Positions 1-13,170 are shown, counted from the first letter of the whole stretch. The stretch is DNA of 56,306 nt, filler included, from Trypethelium eluteriae (GCA_051942245.1; 4 parts of 4 records of this genome joined end to end with filler, not necessarily neighbours in it), one strand, 5' to 3'. Notes: generated from the sequence alone by a model not told the origin. Program-made: numbers and translations.

Positions 1-218
1 GGACGAGCCTGGCGTGTTTCTTCGCCCCCGTCTTCTCTATCCAGGACGTCGCTGCCGCTCTCACCTGTTGAGAACGTCGCAGTCGGACGTGGTGCGGTGC
101 TCGGTGGAGCTGCGACACCCGTATCACCACCTCACCTCCTCCCTGTCGAGTCCACCACTGCGACCCATTTGTCTAGACCTCTCGCTCTGGCTCTTTCCAA
201 TTCCCTCGATTGCTCAGT

Positions 219-3200
219 ATGAGCAGTGGCCGGACGCAGCTGAAGATGAACACTACCGGCAAGGCCATGGAAGGAGTGCGCAAGCAGGCGAGCAGTCCTG
301 CTGATACCGCTCAAAAGTGAGTTGATTCTTGAAATCTCTTTAACGTGACACCATCTGCTTTTAGGAAAGGACCTCTGCGTAGGGCTACTGTCTCAGTGCT
401 TCTTGCGAATAGCAATGAGGTGAAGGTTTCGACAAGTATTCCCCATTGCCTGTCGCCGCCATGTTCGCTAGCTCTACGGAAGAGCTCAAACTGCTGTGGA
501 ACTATTTTGCTTAACTGAAATTCCAACAGAAAGCAACCGGCACAGAAGGCATGGACGGGTGGCACAAACCCCATCACCCAGAAACCCGCTGGCACGAACG
601 CACCAAACGGCGTCACCAACGCTGCCAAGAGCAGTCCCCCCGCCAAATCTACACAACCACAAGCAAAGGGTCCTAGTGCCTCTGAAAAACAAGCGAACGA
701 CATGATCCTATACATGATGGCGAATTTCACGGTAAGTATGACTGTCGTCATGACACCTCAAGCTGCTTACTTCTCTGGCGTCTCCATATGATGCACTTTT
801 CTCGACTGATGCCATTCAATAGGGAATGTTGTCCACGCTCACGATGAAGACTGGGGAACAGTTCACCGGTGTCTTCTCCGGTGTCAATTTTGATGCATCG
901 GATCCACATTACATTCTGAAGATGGTCAAGCGCAGCCAGAGCGTGTCTAATGCTACCAATGGCTCAGGGAGCTCTTCAGATGAATATCTGGGCGCTGGCG
1001 AAGACCATATGCTCACATTCTCAACCGCCGAAGTTGTCGATCTGATGGTTTCCGAGGTAGTCCTTGAGAAATCTACTCATAAAAATCAGAATGGTGAGTC
1101 AAGCCATAACGTTCTAAGACATCGGAATTTTGACTGCTATCCCTAGGCGTCGTTTCTCCTTTCAGGACCGATGCCGACATTTCCGGAAATTTGGCAATCC
1201 GTGAGCGTAATTTGCAGCGCTGGGAGCCCGGAGCAGATAGCAACGCTGATCTCTCTCTGGACGACTCGGGAAGTGGTGGCTGGAATCAATTCGAAGCCAA
1301 CGAACGACTGTATGGCGTGACAACTAGCTACGACGAAAACCTGTATACAACGACAATTGATAGGTCAGATCCAAAATACAGTCAGATGGCTGCCAAGGCA
1401 GAGAAGCTGGCAAGAGAGATTGAAGGTAGCAATGCCATGAATGCCCATGTTGCTGAGGAGAGAGGTGGTAAGAACGCGGATGACTTCGGCCTTGATGAGG
1501 AAGACAAGTATGTGCAACGATCTATGAGATTTTTTGAATATGCTCTAATCGTTCCACAGATATAGTGGCGTGAAACGAGATTTCCCGCCGTTGCAATCTG
1601 GTCAGCCGAACAAATATACGCCACCCGCGCGCCGAGCACCAACTGGGCAAGCAACGGTATCTGGAGCTCCTGTTGATCCTGCAATCATTTCTTCACAGCT
1701 TTCGAAGCCTGCCCCTGCTGCAGCTGCCGGAGAGTCCCAGAGTGCAGCCCTTGTAGCAGAACAAGCACCTAAAGGCTCCACCCCCATTTCGCAGCAAATC
1801 GAGACAAGCCCAACGGGCCTTGATAGTGTCAAATCAATTGCTACAGCACCTGCGACAGCCAGAGATACCTCTAGGGCAACCGAGCAAAAATCGGCACAGC
1901 CATCGGCGGCCAAGCCTTCGCTCAATACAACACCTAGTCGCCAGTACGGACAAGGTCAGAACGCCACTGAAAATGTGGAGAGAAATGTTCTCAATTCTTT
2001 CAAAGAGTTCTCGGCTACCGAGAAGATGAAAATGATAGATCGTCAACGTGCACAACGCAGCAACGATAAGGCTATCAAATTGAATGACCTCAAGAAGTTC
2101 TCCCAACACTTCAAACTATACACTCCTGTACCGACTGATCTTGTGCCAATCCTAGCTAAAGACAAGATTAAGCAAGACGAAATCATTGAAAAGGCTAAGC
2201 GACAGGCGAAAGAGCAGGAAGCTCGCAAAGCTAGCACTGCTGGATCGGAAGCCAGCTCAGCAGATTCAAAGACTCCCCGAGGCCCGTCTGCAGCTAGCTC
2301 GACAAACACTGGATTGGATCGTCCAAACGATCGTCTTAAACAACAGCAGACCTTTGGCGGTCAACGCGGAAACAAAATACCGCCCTATGGCATTCAACCA
2401 ATAACTGGGCCGCGTGAAAACCGGCAGCCAGGCCTTGCTCAACGTCTTCAGCAAAATCAGCAGCAACACAAAGCAGGAGGAGCCATGCCAATCGTGCCGG
2501 CACCACTGCCTCTCCAAGATATGCGAACTCCTTCAGGACCGAGTAACGCGAATGCACCCTCAAGCGCCTCCCTGCGGGCTGGCGCAAAGCCCTTTGAATT
2601 CAGGCCCAACCCTGCAGCGTCTACTTTTACACCCATTCAACCGAGTGCTGGCTCAAGTCCGAGGACGGAGGGTACCCCCGTGGCTCAACCCAGACCTTCG
2701 AAAGCGGGCAGCTTCTTTGGAGGCAAGAAGCCCAAGCCTCCCTCTGAGCGTCCTTCAATCAACGACGCGTTTAATCCCATCAAGCGGATGAGGAAGGAGG
2801 TCGAGGAAAGCGGAAGGACCAAAGACTTTGCTTCCAATGGTGGTGTTCCAAATGCTTACAGGACTCCACCCACCTGGGATGTACCTCCAGAGAATCAGGA
2901 TAAAAAATACGTGGACATGTTCGAAAAGACCCAACCCCCGGTGCCTTCGATCTCACCAATGCATAGCTCTCCGGCAAACGCGCCCATGGCTCATCAACAC
3001 CAGCTACCCTTGCATCTCCAGCAAAATGCTCCGGGCGTTCCCCCGGCCCATACACCACAGCACACACCCCGGAACTTTTCTGCGCAGCCAAACATGGGGC
3101 CTGGCGGGCCTCACTTCGATGATCACCGTATGCAATTCTCTCACTCACAATCCTCAGTTCAGCCTTCTCCCCGGTTTGCTCAACCTGTGCTCGCATATCC

Positions 3201-3877
3201 CAACATGCAGCCACAGATGCAACAACCATATGGACAGCCGATACATGCTCCATACGGCATGAGCCCTGGCAACCATCACGTTCAGTATCGAGCCGCACCT
3301 CAGCCTCAATTCATTCATCCTCAGGGTGCGCCCATGGGCGGACAACTGATGGTTCAGCAACCATCAGCAGGTTCTTTCGTCCCTGGAATGCCTGGGATGC
3401 CAATGTTTGCGCCAATGCCAGCAAATGCTCAACAGCATTATGGCGGACCTCCGCCACCGAGTGGATATCCAAGTCCTCGGCCTGCGCCTATGAGCCATCA
3501 AGGCAGTCAGCAAGGCCATGGCCCTCCACAACAAGTCATTTACATGCAAGCTCCGCAGCATGGTGGCCCACCACCCATGATGTATCCACAGCATCCTGGG
3601 GCAAGTATGTGCAAGCACCCTCGCACACGCAATAAGTTCTCCGAATCAAAGTAAGACTGACAAGAATTCAGTGACCCCAATGCGAGGGTATCCGCCGCAA
3701 CCGCACTATGCGCCAAGCCCACATCAACAGCATCAGTACCCCATGGCTCAGCATCGAGGCGGGCCCAGCGCCAACTATCAACAACATATGGGCACGGCAC
3801 ACGCGACGGCCCAGCAAGGCCCGCCACCAGTCATGGCTGCTGGACCGATGGCTGGTCACGGTGACGACAACAAATGA
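219..3877 (+). CDS. PBP1: Ataxin-2/Pbp1 (poly(A)-binding protein-binding protein); 5 exons: 219-316, 530-731, 823-1093, 1147-1507, 1560-3604, plus terminal exon 3672-3877 (6 in total)
   Basis: Spliced ORF reads MSSGRTQLK..KQPAQKAWTGGTNPITQK..GMLSTLTMKTGEQFTGVFSG (Lsm-like), then GWNQFEANERLYGVTTSYDENLYTTTID (LsmAD), a PAM2-like LRAGAKPFEFRPNPAASTFTP and a Q/P-rich C-terminus. GT-AG introns keep the frame. Confidence 0.92.
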
Positions 3878-6303
3878 AAGACATGGATGACCATCTACGT
3901 ATAGATGTATCCGTCACTTACGTAGCTTGGTTGGGATTTTCCCCTCTCTATTGCGTCGACACTTGCTCCTGGCTTTGCCTTTTGCGAGCAACACACTAAG
4001 TACGCTTCTTTGCTTCCACAGACTCCCTATTCTCACGCAGTCCAGTTGGCTGCGCATTCTCTTGAGGGGGCCTGGGTATCATTAACCATCGGACCACAGG
4101 CCGAACTCAAGCGGAAACAAAGCAAAAGGAAAGAAAACCCATTCGGCCTTGCTAACTCGCCGTGCAGTAGTTAGACTGAATTTTCTGTGCATCCCGATCC
4201 AACCCGCGTGCACTTTAGTGGCCCCGTAGTGATGAATGAAGAGGTCGAGAAATGGAGCTCGATGTGTGCCTAGGCGGGGTCATATGGTTGTGGGGATGAC
4301 GGGATCTGCTACGAAGCGTGGGAGGATGGGAACTGGGCGGTATGGTAGTGATTTTATCATATGCATCGAATACAGAGGAGCGAAGTAGTCGAGGTATAAC
4401 AGAATGAGCATGCTACAACATACTAGCATGTGCTATCCAACACATGAACTTCTTTTTGCTGTGACATGGTCGGAGAAGAATGCTTAGGAGTGCATAAGAA
4501 TGCCGAGAGCCTTTAGCACAAGGCTTCCTGGACTTAGTGTTATTACCTCATCTCCGTCCACTCCCCTTGAATGTTTAGTAACTTGGTGGTACTTCTTGAT
4601 AATCACGTCCCCCGGAACAAAAGGAGCATTGCACAGCCTTCTTGCGCGTACTCACCCGTCCAGGACAATACCTGGACCACGCCTGTTGTCTTGAGGCACG
4701 AAACCCTACGTCGCGCACTCACGAGCTGGTAGTCCTCACCGCGACTCGCTCGCCTCTACTAAGACCGCTCACAAGACTCGGCCGAAGGGTGGTACAACAG
4801 CAGGCAACATCGGATCCGAGTATCGGTGCCAACTCTTACCCTGCGCCCGTTCTCGCTCTCTTGCTCATGGTGGATCCACCACATGGGCTGTTGCATCTGG
4901 TAAAAGGTAGGTAACATCGGCGAGTTGTAATTACCGACTGGTTTATCTCCTACGCCCGAGCTGAAGGCCGAGACCTATGGCGGTACGGAGTACATAGCTG
5001 GAGAACGAGGTATACCTAGGGCTAAAGCTGGAGGCTACTTCACCTCTTCGCATCTACAGAACTGTTGCATGGGTGCTCCCAGACCTGGTCGCCACGTGGA
5101 CGAGGGAAGGGATAAGCGAAAGGAATTCGCGAGGAGCTGCGAATCTGGAGGGGATCCGGAAGGATTCGAGGCAAGATGTAGGAGTTTATTTTTGGACATG
5201 GGTAAAAAACAAAAGAAAAAAACCTGGATGAGTTGGTGTCTTTCTGCCCTGTTTCGGGGTCAAGTGGTTCCAACTGTACGAATGTCCATACTGCCAAGTT
5301 TGTATTGCCCACGCCCGTGTCTCCTCGCCCGGTCGGATTATGCCTATCCTCAAACTCGACATGTACGGAGTACACTCTCCTTATCATTCAGAGCAATCCA
5401 ATAAAGCCCCAGCTCTAGCTGCAGCCGTATTTTCAGCTATCGCATACGATCCAATTGACAGGTACGGAGTGCTCCGTACATACGATGTTGTTCGGGTTCC
5501 AAGCGTTCGGGACCAGCCAGGCTTCCATCTAGCTCAACAAAGCTAATGATGCAACACTCCCGCACACGAGGAAGCCAATCCAGCACGCGAGCCTAAATTC
5601 GCCAGATCTACAATAGTCGACGCCTCAGCCGGTGAGCTCCGTCCGGTCCCCGACCAAGCCGCCGAACGCCCGATCTCGCATGATCATGGCATGGCGTGCA
5701 TGGATGCGCTTGGGGTAAGAGGATTGCAGATGCAGATGTGAGTCAATGGATGGATTTGTATGCAAAAGTTTTATGCTCCCATGTTCCTGTTGTAAGCTGC
5801 ATCGAGTCAGGCAGGCGCACAAGCCTTGTTATTTACTTTATTGACAGGCCAGGGGGAGAACGTGGACAAGGGTGGGGAGAAAAAAAAAAAAAAAAAGGAG
5901 ACCACAGCAGGGTAATGGGAGTTTTGCGGCATGAAAGCCGGATGTAGTGGCACATGCATAGAGATATTTATTATCATTACTATACTAGGGAACAGATTGG
6001 TACGTGAGGCGGAAACGACGCCCCAAAGTCTGTGGGTGCTGTAAGAGGAGCGGAGAAAACGAGATGAGTCTTTCCCTTTTCCTGCGCCATTTTCGTGTTG
6101 CCTTGTATCTTCAGAACCTCTATCGATGTACCGAACAAATGATACTATATACTTGTTGTGGACCCCGGGGCCTGTATACATCGGGCGTCCCATAGCAAAA
6201 GCTCGACCGACATCCTCCGACAACGTGCAGAGATAACCAACCATCAGCGGCCGTGAAAATGAAAAGAATGAGCGGTCAGGTCCATGCTGTGGAACGAAGA
6301 GGC

Positions 6304-7714
6304 TCAGATGATAGTACCGCCAATAGCTCTGCAGTGCGACGCAGTGGCAGACGGTGTAACCTCGGTAGTGATGGTGACGCTGCATCTTAGTTAGCCACGT
6401 GTGCCAAGTATGTAAGGATCTGTGATATTGAATCAGGGAAGATAGACGTTGTGTAACATACGTTTGTGTAAGGCCCTTCGTAACCCAGCTCGTCGCGATC
6501 GCAATCTTGGTCTTGGTCTTGGTAGGGGTGGGAGCTGTAATCGTGACCACTGGAGCCGTGGTTTTCCCATTGACGACAGTGATCGGGGCGGGGGTGACAG
6601 TGGAGGTGGTAGTGACGGCAGCATAGACGGTAGCTGTCGTGGCAGACGCAGTGCTGGTTGACGTAGTTGTGACCCAGTCGGCGGTGTTCGTGTCCGTTAT
6701 GGTCGTGACGGTCTGGTCGACACCCCGCTTTTCGATATCAGCAAATCTAGCACCACGAGCGGCGATCTTGGCCTTGCGCTCAGAAATGCGCTGTTCGGCG
6801 TCCAGAGGAACACGGCGATCTACACGGCTCCTTCGCTTGATGGCAACTGCTGCACTAGCAGAGGGACTGCTGCTTTGGAGAGCAGCGGCAGTAATGAGTG
6901 TAGGCGTGATTGTAGCCGTGGGATCGGCGGTTTGAGGCTTGATAGGTGCCTTGCAAGATGCTGTCTTGGTGGCAGTAGCTTTAGCAATACTGAGGGTCCA
7001 CTTCGTCGGGTGAAGAGTTAGAAGGGTAATTGTCTTAGTAGATGTTACTGCAGCAGGGGTGACAGTTGTTGTTGGTTTAACAGTGGTGGATGGCTGGGTC
7101 ACAGTAGAGGGAGCAAGGGTAGTCGTCGTCGTATCAGTCGTTGTGCTCGTGACATTTACAAGCGGCGTGACGGCAACAGGAACAGTGACTGTCGGGGTAA
7201 AGGTGGTAGTTTGCTGAGGGCCAACGGAAAGATGGAAATCTCTTTCGTAAGCTATAGGTTCTGCGTTGCCGTTGTTGCTTAAAATGATGATAGACCAGTC
7301 CCCTGAGTAAAGTTGGTCCTTCTCTATGGGACTGCGTTTGTCAGCCCGATACTCAAAGTAAATTTTTCGTTATCATTCGCTCACCAAGTGGACAGCTGCG
7401 GAGTATCATCTGGGGTTAGAGGAGTATCTGTACATAGATACTCGTCTCCCTGTGGATCGACAAAGATATTGTTTGCAACATCGCTCTGGCAGCCTGTCAT
7501 AGAGAATTAGGTCATGTATTGGCACGAATCCACAAGGGCAAGGCATCATACCCTCAAACTCGGAGACAAACGTGAAATTATCCTGAGAAAGAGAGTTCTG
7601 GAAATAAGATCCACCGTCCTGAAAGTCCATCCCGAATGAAATACAGTCTGCCAGAGCTCTGGCGCTGAGCAGACCCAGCGCCACAATGGCATTGGCTGAA
7701 GCAGAAGAGTACAT
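6304..7714 (-). CDS. Secreted Thr-rich uncharacterised fungal protein (multi-exon)
   Basis: Signal peptide MYSSASANAIVALGLLSARALA; Cys-containing N-terminal domain DCISFGMDFQDGGSYFQNSLSQDNFTFVSEFEG|CQSDVANNIFVDPQGDEYLC; long Thr-rich region; introns near 7551-7494, ~7385-7334 and ~6461-6380; last exon VTITTEVTPSATASHCRAIGGTII-stop at 6304-6306. Confidence 0.8.
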
Positions 7715-10700
7715 GGTGTAGATATTAAGATAACAGACCCTTTGATATCAGAACAAAGGAAAGCTCCAAAGTGTAAACAACGAATGGAAGGAGATCGGGG
7801 ATCCTTAGGGGCGATAATCTCTCATGCATATGTGCGGGTATCGCGGACTATATGAGTTCAAGAGCACAAGATAGTCTGACAAAAAAGGATCCACCAACAT
7901 ACGAGCCAGGCAACTATATGCTCGCTTGGCCACCATGGTAACCTTCGAGGTGGAGTATGGAAAACGCCGCTCTCCATGTGCACGGCGTTGGCTGGACCCA
8001 AGTTAGTGTTTTTTACTCACATGTCCAGGTGCTCGTGCAGAAGTGGCATATGCAAAAAGGCTTGACGAAAATAGGTCCGATATTAAGGCTGATGAGTAGC
8101 AGCCCCACGGGCATTTGAACTACTCTGTTTCAACCTGCATGTGAAATCCTTGTGGGAAGGGATGGACTTCCGGTGGTTCCGAGCTGTAAAGTACAGAGGC
8201 AAAATAGACCATTTTGGGCATCATATGGAGGGTTGGGATGAAGAAGTTTCTGGCTCACCATTCCTTCTTGCCGGACATGTTGAGATACTTAGAAAAGAAT
8301 GTCATCGACATAGGTTTTGATTCGACTGCGACCCCATTGGTGCAACTTACCATAATGTTGTGCAGTTGTCGACACCGGCGAACATTCTCTCGGTGTACAA
8401 TGCTTGGTGTGCTTGCATGCGAAGAGGGATGGTTACCTAGCGGCAGCTTAAGCAGGTTAGCAAGATCAGCGACGCCACAGCCATGTATGGTCACCCCGTT
8501 CCTGTAGATCTCGTTTGATTGCCATGCTTCCCCCCGTCTCCATCCAAAAAGGGCCCAAAATGCGAGGGAAGCAGCATTCATGCCGAGCGTTTTGGAAGAT
8601 AGACTTCGACGCCAAGATGCGCTAGGAGAGAATATTCCGACAGCTGGAAGTCGAAACAATCGCGTAGAGGATGTGCTGTATAAGGCCATTACACGATGAC
8701 TGTACTTACGTCGCCGAGCTGTCTGAGGCTGATTGGGGCAAGAGAGGGGCTGCCTCAAGACGCGAACTGCGGTAGTACGGTACTGTGCCCATTTGACGGC
8801 AGGAAGTCTCGCATTCGTCTGGCGGACGTCCTGGTAAGCCGGACAGTGGGGACCCAGTTGTCCTGCACGTCAGCCAAACCGGCCGTACCTCCATTCATTA
8901 GTCATGAGAACCACGAAAGGTGGATGTGGCGCGCCCTTTTCCACCAACGTCGGCACCCTGGCGCCATAATTAACTCTACCAACTAACGTCACAAGCATCG
9001 CCGAACGTGTCAGCAGAGACTCTTCCCGCCGTCCAGGGGTCTGGCTCATGACAGCGCCGAGGCTTTGGATACCCTGAAATGGGGTAGCCATGGTAAGGTC
9101 ATGATGATTTCGAAGTGTTACCGCGTCTCGGCATGCTACATTCATGGGCCATGCATTCCCTAGAGCCACAATGTTTGGTAGAAAAGGATTAGGGAAAAGA
9201 TTTTCCTGTGTACCACAAAACGATCCGAAGGGAGCAGCATTGGAAGCTTGGTTCTGCACATCTTACATCCATGACTCCCTCTGTACTTGTCCAAGAAGGG
9301 CATTTATCGGACGTTAAGGCCTCATTTGATCAGTCAACAACGGAAATGGTGGCCCTGGTTGCTAAATTCAAGAAGCACTAACGTACAGCTCCTCTGCACG
9401 CAAGGACTCCCCATCTGCGGAGAAGTGGACTACAGCTCTTGGGTCCAAGATTGAGATAAGCGTCTTGCATTATTTAGAAAAATTTTTACGGAACACGGGA
9501 TTCTGGAATGGCATGGCTCGGAAGCTTCGATGTGAGGCCGCAACCCTGCTAGGCTACTGGCTACTATCACCGGAAAAGCGTAAAAGTTTCTTCGTCTCTG
9601 AGCTCCCCTGGCATTGCGCCAGGCAGTAAAATCTACTAGTCCACTTTTTCGTTGTTTCATTCGCAGAAAACGTGGAGGTTGATCTACGGCAAGGATGTCC
9701 AGATCTGCATACGCCGTGTGACAGTCATAGTGGAGCCTTGAGCAATAAGGTAGTAACCCTCAGGGCTGCAGATGCAGGAACGTGAACTTTACAAGCTCGT
9801 GATCCCATGATATCGCGCATGGCGTCCAGGAATCCAAGCATGACAGCTGCTGAACACAGCATCTGCTGAGTTCCCGCCATGTGGAGCATTGAAGCTGCTG
9901 GTGCTTTGCCTCTGAGTGGCAACGAAGAATCCGAGATGCTGAGAAACCGGCTACGGTGCAGTCAAAAGATGATATTGTGGATCAAATCGAAGGTCTAGCT
10001 CGTCAAAGCCTCAGACGGTACCGAAAATGGTTAATGGCAGCAAAGCTCAACGAGACGGTGGAGGGTAGAGTAAGGTAAGATCTCATCAACCGATGTGGCA
10101 CACTGGGCCGCCCACGCTCAAACGGCGATATTGCCTCCATCCCTTGATCAGCTCTAGGATCTCCGCGCTTGGATCTGCCAATTGACGGCTTTTCGTGACT
10201 TGTCAAGCTCCGCGTCGTGGAGGACGCAGGGCGCCTTCCCCGTCCGCATACAAGACTGATAGCCGCAGATGTGGAGTCTAGAGAGTGCCAGAATTCTCGA
10301 TCATGACAACCACCGGCGTGCCCGGCAGCCATTGTAGCGGAATCGCATCCTAGCGGAAATATCAAATTGTCAAGGGAACCAGACTGATGCAAGCAGAGAG
10401 CAAGAGCACACTACTAGGTACTGTAGGTAGAGTTGAGCCTCGTCGGGAGTGACAGCCGGAGCAGGGGTGATGCTAACAGCTTAGCGTAGACCAAATCCGT
10501 AACGGAGGGTGATAATCTCCGGTTTCCGGCTCGCTAACCGGCGCCTTCCCGTCCCAATCAGGTAAGTCCTTCATCTTCTCATCAGGTCTTCGGCACTCCA
10601 CCGGGTTGGAAGCTTGGAAGCGTCCATGCGATTGTTTGCTTGACGAATCGCATCCAGCATCATTTGATCTACGTGCCATCTCTGTAGACTAAGGCTCTCC

Positions 10701-11334
10701 AACGCCGTGGCTGTACATGCGGTAAGTTCCAGCTCTGCTGACAACTGACCTCGGGCCTGGCATCTGTCCACCTCAGCTCTACCGCTCCTTCATACCGTTT
10801 CCCAGATTCTCGACTCTCATGCCATCCCAGAGCCATAGGGCAGAGTACCAGGCTGTCTTCGCCTGGGACTTCCGTCCAGATGCTACTATTCCCATCACTC
10901 GGGGTTTCCAGGCCCCAGCCATGCGGTACCCTAGTGTCCACCTTCAGGACTTCTCCTTTCCTCTTGGCTTCCCTCTTCGGCCCTCCATCTCAATATCGAC
11001 GGCTAGTATGGCACCAATGGCTTCCAACTTGCCGACTCCGGCTCGTCTAAGTCTCCGGAGGTCTGATCAGCGGTCTGAACCTTGGGACAGGATCTGCATC
11101 CATGGCCCTTCTCGGTCCCTGCAGGCTCCATAGTAGGCCGCCAAGAAAGAAATATATAGACGTGAGCACATCTCCAGTTCAATCTGTCTTTACTCTCCTT
11201 CACAGCCTTGACTGTGGTTGATCAAGCGTCTCGTTCGTTTGCATTGTCTCCATCGTTTATTCCGTACAGACTTTCTCTCTAGGTCTAGGCGCCAGATATA
11301 ATTCTAGTCAATAATCTCGTATAAAGATCCCAAC

Positions 11335-13170
11335 ATGAGGTTCCAATACCTTGCGGCGTCTTTGTTGACGCTCGCCCTTGGTACTCAAGGTGCCAAGATT
11401 CCTGCTGAAGTTGGGGAGCTTAACCGCCGAGCGACAAGCACGTCCGCGTCCTCTACCACTTCTTCAGCTACATCCTCTTCGGCATCGTCTACCAAGTCCG
11501 CAGATGGATCGTGCTCGAACGGTGCCCTCACGCGTAGCTGCTGGGGAAACGGGTACAGCATTGCTACTGACTTCGACCAAAAGCATCCAACCACTAGTCA
11601 AACAGTCTCCTACAATCTGGAAATCACGAACACCACTTGCAACCCAGATGGCAATGGTGCTCGAACCTGCTTGCTCATCAACGGACAGTATCCCGGCCCA
11701 ACTATCACAGCGAACTGGGGCGACACACTATCTATTACTGTGAAGAACTCCATGCAAGACAATGGTACTGGCATTCACTGGCACGGTGTTCGTCAGCTTG
11801 GAAGCAACGAGCAGGATGGCGTCGCTGGTATCACGGAGTGCCCTATTGCGCCAGGCGATTCCAAGACGTACACTTTTCTCTGCACTCAATTCGGCACTTC
11901 ATGGTATCACAGTCATTTCTCTGCACAGTATGGTGACGGCGTTGTTGGCTCCATCGTCATCAATGGTCCAGCTACCGCCAACTACGACATTGATCTTGGT
12001 CCATACCCCGTCACTGACTGGTATTACCGCACTGCGTATCAGATTGAAGCGAACACACTCACTGATCTTCAGTCTGGTGCGCCTGGTCCCAACGGTGACA
12101 ACATACTTGTCAACGGCACTAACAAAAACGCCGCTGGGACTACTGGTAGCTACTCTGTCACCAAGATTACTGCCGGCAAGAAGTACCGCCTCAGGCTCAT
12201 CAATACCTCGGTGGACAACGACATCCGTGTCTCGCTCGACAACCACATCTTGGAGATCATGACGACTGATTTCGTGCCCGTCAAGCCTGCCTATAATCAA
12301 ACAATTTTGCTTGCCGTTGGTCAGCGCTATGACGTTGTCATCACCGCGAACCAGACCGCCGGTAACTACTGGTTCCGTGCCAATGTCGCTACTGACTGTC
12401 AGTCTGCCAACAATGGTGCCGGCCTTGCTATCTTCAGTTACGACACCGTCACTGTTGCGAATCCCACCAGCACAAGCTACTCATTCCCCTCATCATGCTT
12501 CGAGCCCACCGGTTTGGCCCCTTTCTGGTCTCAGCCTGTGCCAAGCACCAGTGCTTTCTCCAATCTTGATGTTGGTTTGACGAATGGGAGCGTTGACACT
12601 GGTGCTGGTCTTACCGTCTGGGGTATCAACAATACCTCCATCGACATCCAATGGGACAAGCCCATGCGCACCTATCTTCAAGAGGGCAACACCAGCTATC
12701 CTGTTGGAGAGAATGTCATCAATCTCCCTACTGAAGGCGTGTGGACCTACTGGCTCATCCAGGAAGTCTCGGCCAGTCCTCACATCGTCCACCCCATCCA
12801 CTTGCACGGTCATGACTTCTTCGTTCTCGGCTCTAGCGGCGACAACAATCAGAACCCTAATACGGCCCCTATCGTCACCTTCAACCCTTCGAGCGACCCT
12901 GCTACACTTAATTGGAACACCCCCATCCGTCGCGATACTGCCATTCTGCCTCAAGGTGGTTGGCTGGCGCTTGCCTTCTACACCAACAACCCCGGTGCAT
13001 GGCTCTTCCACTGTCACATCGCATGGCACATCTCCGAGGGACTTGGCTTGGACTTCGTTGAGGCTAGCGGCTCTATACCGGCTCCGAGTTCCGCGTACTC
13101 GACTACGTGTAGCAACTGGAACAAGTACTACCCCACTTCGTACTACAAGAAGGACGACTCAGGTATATAA
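11335..13170 (+). CDS. Secreted laccase (multicopper oxidase, AA1), single exon, 611 aa
   Basis: Signal peptide; four Cu-binding motifs HWHG, WYHSH, HPIHLHGH and HCHIAWH; Leu at the T1 axial position; ascomycete-type C-terminus DSGI. Confidence 0.96.
   Translation: MRFQYLAASLLTLALGTQGAKIPAEVGELNRRATSTSASSTTSSATSSSASSTKSADGSCSNGALTRSCWGNGYSIATDFDQKHPTTSQTVSYNLEITNTTCNPDGNGARTCLLINGQYPGPTITANWGDTLSITVKNSMQDNGTGIHWHGVRQLGSNEQDGVAGITECPIAPGDSKTYTFLCTQFGTSWYHSHFSAQYGDGVVGSIVINGPATANYDIDLGPYPVTDWYYRTAYQIEANTLTDLQSGAPGPNGDNILVNGTNKNAAGTTGSYSVTKITAGKKYRLRLINTSVDNDIRVSLDNHILEIMTTDFVPVKPAYNQTILLAVGQRYDVVITANQTAGNYWFRANVATDCQSANNGAGLAIFSYDTVTVANPTSTSYSFPSSCFEPTGLAPFWSQPVPSTSAFSNLDVGLTNGSVDTGAGLTVWGINNTSIDIQWDKPMRTYLQEGNTSYPVGENVINLPTEGVWTYWLIQEVSASPHIVHPIHLHGHDFFVLGSSGDNNQNPNTAPIVTFNPSSDPATLNWNTPIRRDTAILPQGGWLALAFYTNNPGAWLFHCHIAWHISEGLGLDFVEASGSIPAPSSAYSTTCSNWNKYYPTSYYKKDDSGI

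Noticed and set aside
317..529. Possible extra exon inside the long first PBP1 intron (AG at about 363-364)
   Set aside because: No donor site in a compatible phase was found; unsupported without transcript data.
5807..6460. C-terminal part of the 431-aa ORF
   Set aside because: It runs through an intron and the 3' UTR; the spliced gene stops at 6304.
8214..10941. Several 60-170 aa ORFs and a single MRE-like TGCACGC upstream of the laccase
   Set aside because: No recognisable motifs or splice-consistent model; a single 7-mer is expected by chance.
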